Source: an uncultured Akkermansia sp.
Lineage (GTDB): Bacteria > Verrucomicrobiota > Verrucomicrobiia > Verrucomicrobiales > Akkermansiaceae
Assembly: GCA_947628035.1 (NCBI GenBank)
Contig: CANQYL010000002.1
Coordinates: 2,642 to 66,641 of the forward strand
Direction of reading: 5' to 3'
Length of the DNA stretch: 64,000 nucleotides
A program made the translations under genes and the position numbers. Under the pieces are notes generated by a model. That model saw only the letters and a program-made list of their open reading frames with translations, did not search any database and was not told where the DNA came from. Below, piece after piece: positions 45,911 to 53,600 of this stretch (positions are counted from its first letter, which is position 1; every line of letters begins with the position of its first letter).

Positions 45911-48900
45911 GTGCAAATAGAATTGATCACGGCCCGCTATGCTTCTGCAGCCCAAATGAAGGATGGGTTGAGCCCTCTTCGAGAAATACACCTCACCGCC
46001 GACGCTGATCGCGACAATCTGAACGTGATCGTGAATTACGAGCCTCCCTGCATCGAGGAACAACGATTTTGGGTATCACACCTGAATGCGCAGGAATCCC
46101 GCACGATCAAGCCGACGGTGCCCAAACTTTCATCGCCGCCTCCTAGCGACACACAACCCGTGAAGGGAACCATCCATGTGAGTGTCACGACAGAGGAAGG
46201 AGAAACTCTTGTTGAGCAAGAACAAGCGCTACGTTGGCTGTCGGATTCGCTCCTCCCGGATCTCACCGAGTACCCTGTATGGCTCGCGCGCACGGTTTCT
46301 GCGCAGGCGGAGGAGACGGACCCCATCGTAAGCCGCATCACGGGAATCACCTCGACATCCGGCGTTGAGGAACGCGTCCGTGCCGTATGGGGTGCGCTCC
46401 GTCACTTCACGCGAGATTACAAAATTGTCCCGCCGAAAGACGAGCAAGCGGCAGGAGTTGGCTGTGCGGTTCGCTGCTCCCTGCGGGAGTTGAAGGAACA
46501 GGGCTATCGTGGCAGCCTTGATGCCGCTCTTCTCTTAATCTCGTGTCTCACCCGCCTCCACACCAACGCCTCTCTCATCATCACCGGCGGACAAGCGCTC
46601 GTCGGCATTTTTCCGGGAGCCATGCAGGGCTTCGACCATGCGGTACAGACGGACCGGCGAGGCGTCATGAAGGCAGCGCGGACAGGAGAGTTCACCGTCC
46701 TGCGTGCGGCGGGACTCTACGCACCGCTCAGCTACGAAAACGCCGCTGAAGAGGGAGCAAAAATCCTTGCGGAGGAACAGGACGATTTTCTCGCCGTGGA
46801 CGTGAGTTGTCTGCTCCCCGAGCAGGTGACGGCAGCGTCTGATGACGACACGGAGGGAACCTCGGATCTGATCACGGCGCCGGAATCTTCGGACTCACGC
46901 ATTGACCGCTGGCAGCGGAAATTGCTCGATCTCTCTCTGCGCAACAACCTGCTGAATACGAAATGGGCGGGCAAGAACAGTCTCCCACTCATCGTGCCGG
47001 ACGTAGCCGCTCTGGAAGACCGACTGGCCGACGGGGATATTCTTCGCTTCAAGGCACAGTCGGGCAATGAGCCCGCCGACCCGGACGTCCAACAACTCGC
47101 CGCCTCACTCCTCCTCAAGAAACAACTGGTCGCCGCCATGGAGGAGACCGACCTGCTTCGCCGTCTCGGCAGCCTCTATCTGTCCGCTCGTCGCGAACTG
47201 GAGGAAAGCGGCTCCAACACCCTCTACATCGCCTGCGGCTTCCTCAAGTGGATTCCCAAGGGAGCTCCGGCGGATCGAGTGTTGCGCGCCCCTCTCATCC
47301 TCATCCCCGTGCAGCTCTCGCGCGCATCGGTGAAGGATGGCTACGCGCTGCACGGCACGGACGATGAACCGCGCTTCAACGAGACCCTCCTGGAGCTGCT
47401 GCGCGTGGAGTTTTCAATACGGATCAACGAGCTGCAGGACGGGGAACTCCCGCACGACGAGAGCGGGTTGGACGTAGCGCGCATCCTGCAAACCGTGCGG
47501 GACAGTATCAGCAGCATGGTCGGTTGGGAAGTGGAAGAGCAGTGTCTGCTCGGTCTCTTTTCCTTCGCTAAATTCCTCATGTGGCAGGACCTCATGGCTC
47601 GGCGGGAGCAACTGTTGAAGAACCGGGTCGTCCAACAACTCGCCGCGAAAAATCGCGGTCAATTTCCGGAACAGGTCGGCTTCCCGCGTCCGGATACCCT
47701 CGATCGCGATGAAGACCCCCACACGATCTACACTCCCCTGCCCTCCGACTCCTCGCAGTTGGCAGCCGTGCTGGCGGCGGAGTACGGGAAGAGCTTCGTG
47801 CTGGAGGGACCTCCCGGCACGGGCAAAAGTCAGACGATTGCCAACATGATCGCCCACTGTCTGGGGAGCGGCAAGACGGTTCTCTTTGTGGCAGAAAAAG
47901 CCGTTGCTCTGGAGGTGGTGCACAAGCGGCTCACGCGCATCGGGCTCGGCGATTTCTGTCTGCAACTGCACTCGAACAAGACGCGCCTCGCGGAGGTCAT
48001 CAGGCAGTTTCGTCAGGCGATGGACGGACTCAGCGCGCGCGAGCAGAAGGAAGCGGATCGTACGTGGCAGGAGAGCGTGGACTCCATGCTGAGCGCACGA
48101 AATGCGGTCAACGAGCTGCCGCAGGTCATGCACCGCAAATACCCGGACGGATTGAGTCTGTACGAAGACATCTGCTGCATCGCTCCCGGGGAGAAACTTC
48201 CGTCCGTGAAGCCCACTCAGGAAGAACCCCTCACCCTGCCGCATGAAGAGAGACTGCGGCTGCTCAACCTCGCCCACGAGCTGGCAGCCCACGCCAACCT
48301 GTTGCAGGGCGACCTGCGTGTGGTGGCGCGCGATATGCTGCGCGCGGACGATGACCCCGAGTGGGAGAACAAGCTCGTGGACGCCTTGCAGCAGGCGCTC
48401 CCCCTCATCAAGGTCCAGGTGGACATCCTCCGCGAGTGGGCCGACCTCGCGAGTTGCTCCGACCAACTTGCCGAGCAACGCATCGTCCTCTTCACTTCCT
48501 TGGAGATGGCTGCTGAGCATCCGGGCAACGATTGGTCCGGTATGTTGCCACGCTACGCCGCGCATTCTGCGGAAGTCATCCGTACCCTCGCGGAGCACGC
48601 CGACCATTTCCGTCGGCTGCGCGAGAGCCTCAGCGTGACCTACCCAGACAGCGCCGTAATGGATGCCGGACTCGACGAGCAGCGCGCGACCTGTCGCAAT
48701 GCCCAAAATCGCCTCTTCCCCATGCGTTGGTGGAGCGAACGCTCCTCGCGCAGCTATCTGCGCTCCATCGGTGCCGGAAGTGGAAAAATCAACTGCATGA
48801 ACGACCTGGACGCCCTCGTTTCCATGCGAGATGAACAAAGGGCTCTGGACGAAGCGGACACGGCTCTGCTCCCGTCCTTCATCAAGGACAAAGGCACCGA

Positions 48901-51583
48901 ATTTTCCCGACAGGATGCAGACGCGGCACAGCGGCTCATCACCCAACTCAACAGCACCACGAGCGAAGGAGAGAGCCTGGCCATCCGACTCATCGACGGT
49001 GCCGACGAGCTCGTCCGGAGCGCCGCAGCCCAACGCTGCATCGTCGCTTGGAAGAGCAACCACATCGCGCTGACCGCTTGCGCGTCACAACTCACGGAGC
49101 TGCTGGAGTCCCCTTGCGGTCTGCTTGAGCGTTGTGCGGCGGGCGAAGCACAGGAATGGCTGCAACGGTTGCTCGATACGCGTGACCGGTGGCGCGACGT
49201 CACCCTCTGGAACGCAAAAAGACGGGAGGCCAAGGAGTCGGGACTGGGAGACGTGGCAAAGCTGCTAACGGATGGAGAGTGCACGGCGGAGCGTGTCGAG
49301 GACCTGGTGAAGGTGAACCTCTCCCGGCTCAAGATGCAGGCGGCTGCTCGCAGTGAGGGAATCCTCTACCATTTCTCACCCGCACTGCACGAACAAAAAA
49401 TTACCGATTACAGCGAGCGCGATTCCCAACTCCGCGCCCTCACCGGGGAGCGCATCCGCTCCATCCTCGCACAACGGGCAGCGAGATCCATCGACTATGA
49501 GAAAGAGGCCATCATCCTCCAGCGCGAAATCACCAAGAAGCGCGGCTATATGCCCCTGCGCAAACTGCTCCACGAAGTTCCCCATGTAGCTTCGTTGCTC
49601 AAGCCCTGTTTCCTGATGAGCCCGCTCTCCATCGCGCAGTATCTCACCCCGGAAGCGGAGCCCTTTGATGTGGTGATCTTCGACGAGGCCTCGCAGATCC
49701 CTGTATGGGACGCCGTTGGTGCCATCGCTCGCGGAACAAGCGTCATCATCACCGGCGACTCACGTCAAATGCCGCCAACGAGTTTCTTCGGACGTTCGCG
49801 TGACGACGAAGACGAGGAGGACGTCGACGAGCCCGATCTGGAGAGCATATTGGATGAGTGCATGGCCTGCGGGGTGCCGAAGATGGATCTCACCTGGCAT
49901 TATCGAAGCAAGTCGGAATCCCTTATTTCCTTCTCCAACGCGCACTACTACGAAGGCAAAATGACCACCTTCCCCGCACCCTCCCTGCGCGACACCGCAC
50001 TCTGTCTCCACGCCGTCAAGGGCACCTACTTGCCCGGGGCGAAGAACCGGACCAATCCGGAGGAAGCGCGAGCCGTCGTCAAGCACATCTGCGACACCCT
50101 GCTCACCCCGGGCTTCCGCTACACAGAAGCCACCAGCATCGGCGTCGTTACCTTCAACGCCCAGCAGCAGAAGCTCATTCTCGATCTGCTGGACGATGAG
50201 CGCGCCAAGCATCCCTCCCTGGAGCCCTTCTTCGCAGAGAACAACCCCGAGGCCGTTTTCGTGAAAAACCTCGAAAACGTGCAGGGCGACGAGCGAGGTG
50301 TTATCTACTTCTCCACCACCTACGGACGCGATGCCGACGGACACATGTCCATGAACTTCGGGCCCCTCAACCTCATCGGCGGCGAGAGGCGTCTGAACGT
50401 CGCCGTCACCCGTGCGCGTTACGCCATGCATATCTTTACATCCATGCAACCGGAAGACATCGACCTGACGCGAACTCGAGCACGAGGGGCGGCGGACCTG
50501 CGCGATTTCCTGCAGTACGCTCGCAGCAACTCCCAAAATCAAGACACGACTGCCGAGACGGCTGCCGGAGTCGATCCCCTGGCTGCTCACATAGCCTCCC
50601 GTCTGCAAAAACTCGGCTGGCGGTGTCGCACGGGGCTGGGCGCTTCCGACTACCGCGTGGATATTGCCGTCGAGGACCCGAAGCGTTCAAACTGCGTCCT
50701 GGCAGGCATCACTCTGGACGGCACGTGCTACGCCGCGGCACACACCGCGCGGGATCGCGACATCGTGCGACCTGACACCATGCGCCTGCTCGGCTGGCGA
50801 ATGCTCAACGTGTGGGCGATCGATTGGTGGCGCAACCCCGAACAGACGCTCAAGAACATCGATTCCAAGTTGCACGAATTCGAGCAACAGGGACCGCCGA
50901 AAGCAGAGGAACTCCCCTCCCTCCTGCCCGGCAAGAACGATGACGCCCCCTCCGACGAAGAAACATCGGCGACCCCAGACACGGACCAAGGAAAACAAGA
51001 GCCCGCGCGCGTCGTCGAGCCGGGTCCGGATCCCGCGCTGGCAAAGGTAAAGCCGGTGAAATCGAGTGCATTCAATATGCAACCCAGGAACCTGCTCCCC
51101 CTCATTGAGAAGATCACGGCGGCAGAAGCGCCCATCACCATGCAGCATCTCGCGGCCCGCCTCATGGAAATCGCTCCGCCGGACATCACCAAACGTTCCC
51201 GCGCCTTCGCCGGTGAGCTCGCTTCCTTCGAGGTGCAGGTTGACCAAACGGCGCGCTCACTTGTAGCCGACCGAAAGCTCGCCGTGAAGCGCATCGATAG
51301 TCCCATCCTTCAGTATCCTCAAACCATCTTTTTCCTGCCGGGAGAATTCGAAGTTCTTCCCCGCGCCTTGGGTTCACGTACCCTGGAGAACATCCCGGTG
51401 GATGAGTTGCTCGAAATTGCCCGTATCGTCTGGCAACAGCTCGCCTGCCTCCCCGGCACCGATGCTCACCTGCGCGGTATCTCAACGTTCCTGCGCCTTC
51501 CACGTCTCACCAAAGAAACCCGCGAGCAGCTCTCACTCGTCATCAAGGCCGGGGCCAGGGTAAACGCATTTGAGGAAAGTTAA
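45911..51583 (+). CDS. Giant multidomain protein: unknown N-terminal region, DUF4011-like, Upf1/DNA2-like SF1 helicase, Vsr/DUF559-type (REase_MTES_1575-like) nuclease module, DUF3320-like tail
   Basis: RWQRKLLDLSLRNNLLN (aa ~333), Walker A GPPGTGKS (nt 47807, aa 633), DEASQ (nt 49682, aa 1258), GDSRQMPP, WHYRSKSESLISFSN, QGDERGVIYFS and VTRAR (aa ~1499). GWRCRTGLGASDYRVDIAVED...WAIDWW lies at nt ~50600-50860. The start may be GTG 45911 or ATG 45956. Confidence 0.85.
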   Translation: MQIELITARYASAAQMKDGLSPLREIHLTADADRDNLNVIVNYEPPCIEEQRFWVSHLNAQESRTIKPTVPKLSSPPPSDTQPVKGTIHVSVTTEEGETLVEQEQALRWLSDSLLPDLTEYPVWLARTVSAQAEETDPIVSRITGITSTSGVEERVRAVWGALRHFTRDYKIVPPKDEQAAGVGCAVRCSLRELKEQGYRGSLDAALLLISCLTRLHTNASLIITGGQALVGIFPGAMQGFDHAVQTDRRGVMKAARTGEFTVLRAAGLYAPLSYENAAEEGAKILAEEQDDFLAVDVSCLLPEQVTAASDDDTEGTSDLITAPESSDSRIDRWQRKLLDLSLRNNLLNTKWAGKNSLPLIVPDVAALEDRLADGDILRFKAQSGNEPADPDVQQLAASLLLKKQLVAAMEETDLLRRLGSLYLSARRELEESGSNTLYIACGFLKWIPKGAPADRVLRAPLILIPVQLSRASVKDGYALHGTDDEPRFNETLLELLRVEFSIRINELQDGELPHDESGLDVARILQTVRDSISSMVGWEVEEQCLLGLFSFAKFLMWQDLMARREQLLKNRVVQQLAAKNRGQFPEQVGFPRPDTLDRDEDPHTIYTPLPSDSSQLAAVLAAEYGKSFVLEGPPGTGKSQTIANMIAHCLGSGKTVLFVAEKAVALEVVHKRLTRIGLGDFCLQLHSNKTRLAEVIRQFRQAMDGLSAREQKEADRTWQESVDSMLSARNAVNELPQVMHRKYPDGLSLYEDICCIAPGEKLPSVKPTQEEPLTLPHEERLRLLNLAHELAAHANLLQGDLRVVARDMLRADDDPEWENKLVDALQQALPLIKVQVDILREWADLASCSDQLAEQRIVLFTSLEMAAEHPGNDWSGMLPRYAAHSAEVIRTLAEHADHFRRLRESLSVTYPDSAVMDAGLDEQRATCRNAQNRLFPMRWWSERSSRSYLRSIGAGSGKINCMNDLDALVSMRDEQRALDEADTALLPSFIKDKGTEFSRQDADAAQRLITQLNSTTSEGESLAIRLIDGADELVRSAAAQRCIVAWKSNHIALTACASQLTELLESPCGLLERCAAGEAQEWLQRLLDTRDRWRDVTLWNAKRREAKESGLGDVAKLLTDGECTAERVEDLVKVNLSRLKMQAAARSEGILYHFSPALHEQKITDYSERDSQLRALTGERIRSILAQRAARSIDYEKEAIILQREITKKRGYMPLRKLLHEVPHVASLLKPCFLMSPLSIAQYLTPEAEPFDVVIFDEASQIPVWDAVGAIARGTSVIITGDSRQMPPTSFFGRSRDDEDEEDVDEPDLESILDECMACGVPKMDLTWHYRSKSESLISFSNAHYYEGKMTTFPAPSLRDTALCLHAVKGTYLPGAKNRTNPEEARAVVKHICDTLLTPGFRYTEATSIGVVTFNAQQQKLILDLLDDERAKHPSLEPFFAENNPEAVFVKNLENVQGDERGVIYFSTTYGRDADGHMSMNFGPLNLIGGERRLNVAVTRARYAMHIFTSMQPEDIDLTRTRARGAADLRDFLQYARSNSQNQDTTAETAAGVDPLAAHIASRLQKLGWRCRTGLGASDYRVDIAVEDPKRSNCVLAGITLDGTCYAAAHTARDRDIVRPDTMRLLGWRMLNVWAIDWWRNPEQTLKNIDSKLHEFEQQGPPKAEELPSLLPGKNDDAPSDEETSATPDTDQGKQEPARVVEPGPDPALAKVKPVKSSAFNMQPRNLLPLIEKITAAEAPITMQHLAARLMEIAPPDITKRSRAFAGELASFEVQVDQTARSLVADRKLAVKRIDSPILQYPQTIFFLPGEFEVLPRALGSRTLENIPVDELLEIARIVWQQLACLPGTDAHLRGISTFLRLPRLTKETREQLSLVIKAGARVNAFEES

Positions 51584-51710
51584 TCGATGGAGAGAATGTT
51601 CTTATTGTCTCTTAAGAAGACCTCTCGTTTGCCGAATTCGCGGCGTAGCCGCCGAACATCCAAATCGTAATTCGTAAATAGGCAAACGCTTTTCCTAATG
51701 CGTTTGCCCC
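51556..51710 (+). repeat. MITE-like element, copy 5 (subfamily B, internally deleted), overlapping the last 9 codons and stop of the helicase ORF
   Basis: CAGGGTAAACGCATTTGAGGAAAG on the left and hairpin GGCAAACGCTTTTCCTAATGCGTTTGCC on the right. It lacks the central ~75 nt present in copy 4. Confidence 0.8.
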
Positions 51711-51729
51711 GGGTCGGGGCGAAAAGCGT

Positions 51730-51758
51730 TTGACAAGAAAGCTCCCTCCCCGTATCAT
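51730..51758 (+). promoter_or_regulatory. Promoter (TTGACA-N17-TATCAT); the -10 ends 6 nt before the ATG at 51765
   Basis: TTGACA at 51730-51735 and TATCAT at 51753-51758. Confidence 0.6.
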
Positions 51759-51764
51759 TTCTTC

Positions 51765-52217
51765 ATGCAGTGTTTGTTCCCATCGTGTGTCCTCCTCTTT
51801 GCCGCAGCTCCTCTCGTCTGCGCCGGACAGGAACAGGCAAACTACGACAAGCTCCTCCAAGCCCTCACAACCGAAGTCACCATCCTGCACGGCATCACGG
51901 ATGAGGCCTCCGCCGGAGCTTCTCTGAAACAGTTGGAAGGCCACCTGCGCGGCATGGCTCAACTGCGACGGACGACGGATGAAACCGCCCTCTGGCGATA
52001 CATCGACAACACGCCGGACATCAAGGCTCCTCTCGTTGAGCAAATCGAACTCCTCTTTGTGGAACTCCAGCGCATCGAAAAAGCCAACTTCTTCCGCTGC
52101 AAACATCTGCAGCAACTACTGCGCGCTCAGGTCACACCTGCTTCCTCACCGGCATCGCGCCGCCCACTTCCTTCTGCCTCAAAAGCTCCTGCAGGTAAGC
52201 CAATTCCGCATCCATGA
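51765..52217 (+). CDS. Hypothetical secreted protein
   Basis: Signal peptide MQCLFPSCVLLFAAAPLVCAG and a helical body. The Pro/Ser-rich tail overlaps the convergent AP2-like gene. Confidence 0.5.
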   Translation: MQCLFPSCVLLFAAAPLVCAGQEQANYDKLLQALTTEVTILHGITDEASAGASLKQLEGHLRGMAQLRRTTDETALWRYIDNTPDIKAPLVEQIELLFVELQRIEKANFFRCKHLQQLLRAQVTPASSPASRRPLPSASKAPAGKPIPHP

Positions 52218-52425
52218 ACTCCGGCAAATCGTTGCGGTGCCTTGCCATTTCCTCGAACACCTCGTCCCTGTAATTCACCGCATTGCGGTACGATTCTTCC
52301 TCCGAACCATATTGTAGATCGGAGAAGTACCTTGTGATGATGCGACCGCAGCGCTGAATGCTGACTCTCCAGCCTTGGAAATCTGTGTTCTCGTACGTAT
52401 ATCGTGTGATGTTTCTATTTTTCAT
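52132..52425 (-). CDS. AP2-like DNA-binding domain protein
   Basis: FQGWRVSIQRCGRIITRYFSDLQYGSEEESYRNAVNYRDE resembles bacterial AP2/integrase-type DNA-binding domains. The ATG at 52425 is preferred because the upstream part of ORF 52584 runs into repeats. Confidence 0.55.
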   Translation of the reverse strand: MKNRNITRYTYENTDFQGWRVSIQRCGRIITRYFSDLQYGSEEESYRNAVNYRDEVFEEMARHRNDLPEFMDAELAYLQELLRQKEVGGAMPVRKQV

Positions 52426-52526
52426 GCCTTCTTTGGGGTGTGTATCTTTCCGACCCCTCTCCTTACCACGCAGTTGAATAACGTACAGATTTTTCCATCC
52501 CTCACACCCGCGCTCATATCCCCATC

Positions 52527-52654
52527 CCCCCGCGGCGTAGCCGCCGAATTCCCAAATCGTACATCGTCCATCGTACATAACCAATGAGTTATGCTACATC
52601 ACTCACCGATGACCGCCTGTTGGGATCGCGTTTGTCTTGGGACGGGTGTGACGC
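52527..52654 (+). repeat. Mosaic repeat (GCGGCGTAGCCGCC module, heptamers, CATAAC-N6-GTTATG family)
   Basis: 52577-52654 matches 5821-5895. 52527-52560 matches the internal module of MITE subfamily B. Confidence 0.75.
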
Positions 52655-52679
52655 TTTGCGTTTGCACCGTGTTTCGCTG

Positions 52680-52708
52680 TTGACACCTTACATTTCGCAT
52701 GGTTTAAT
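52680..52708 (+). promoter_or_regulatory. Promoter (TTGACA-N17-TTTAAT) of the DUF805 gene
   Basis: TTGACA at 52680-52685 and TTTAAT at 52703-52708. Confidence 0.5.
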
Positions 52709-52732
52709 TTTCTTGAAAACCAATTAACGGGC

Positions 52733-53350
52733 ATGAATGCAAATCCTATTCCGGCTTCTGATTTTGTAGCCAATGTCAAATACGGCTTCAAGCATTTCTT
52801 GACTTTCAGAGGACGTTCCACTCGTCCACAATTCTGGTGGTATTTCCTGGCATTATGTATCATCGATACTGTTTTCAAGACGGTAGGCAATCTGTGTGTC
52901 GGCACGATCGATATCGACGTGGAAGAATTGAACACCACTACTGACATATTACAGACTTTATGGTCAGAGCTGCCGCTCGGCTTCATCATTATAACTATCG
53001 TTCAACTCGTCATCGGTATCATTTTTTCCTTCTCACTACTTGCTGCAACGGTTCGTCGTTTACACGATGCCGGTCATTCAGCCTCCTTAGCCTACATCAA
53101 CATGATTTTGTACATCATCATGTACGCCGGCTTCTTCGCAATGTTACTCAATATGGACAAGTTCCTTCCTGTGATCGCTTCCTATCCTCAGCAAGGGCAA
53201 GAATCGTCTGCTATCGCGTTCTTCGCAGGTTGTTGCGCCGTTCTTGCCCTCATCGGGTCGGTCGCACTGATCCTATCGATCATCGTGCTGGTGTTCTTAC
53301 TCAAGCCGAGTGAACCCCGTGATAACAAATACGGACCCTGCATCAATTGA
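52733..53350 (+). CDS. DUF805 family inner-membrane protein
   Basis: FRGRSTRPQFWWYFL and ATVRRLHDAGHS signatures; 4-5 transmembrane helices. Confidence 0.8.
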   Translation: MNANPIPASDFVANVKYGFKHFLTFRGRSTRPQFWWYFLALCIIDTVFKTVGNLCVGTIDIDVEELNTTTDILQTLWSELPLGFIIITIVQLVIGIIFSFSLLAATVRRLHDAGHSASLAYINMILYIIMYAGFFAMLLNMDKFLPVIASYPQQGQESSAIAFFAGCCAVLALIGSVALILSIIVLVFLLKPSEPRDNKYGPCIN

Positions 53351-53600
53351 CGTCGTCATACAAGACCCTTGAGGGCTCCTTGGTGTCCGGTATCCACCCC
53401 GGTCTTGAATTCATCAAGGAGTTCTCTTTTTATTTGCAGACTCGTTGAAATACTGACTCCCTAAAAGTACAGAAGCATTGGTAGTATCTCATCCCCTTTA
53501 TGCTTCGCCGGCACAGGCATTCACTGCCTCGCTTTCTCCATGCTTGGAAAAGCGTGTGATGCACCCGCCCCACCGGGGCGTTCCACGTATTCCGGAATGC

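Noticed and set aside
47414-49063. 549-aa ORF antisense to the giant helicase gene, plus the similar antisense ORFs 46732-47139, 48754-49332, 49760-50608 and 50687-51306.
   Set aside because: They lie entirely opposite a gene with clear helicase motifs and have Arg/Gly/His-rich, motif-free composition typical of shadow ORFs in GC-rich DNA. There is no independent promoter or start context.
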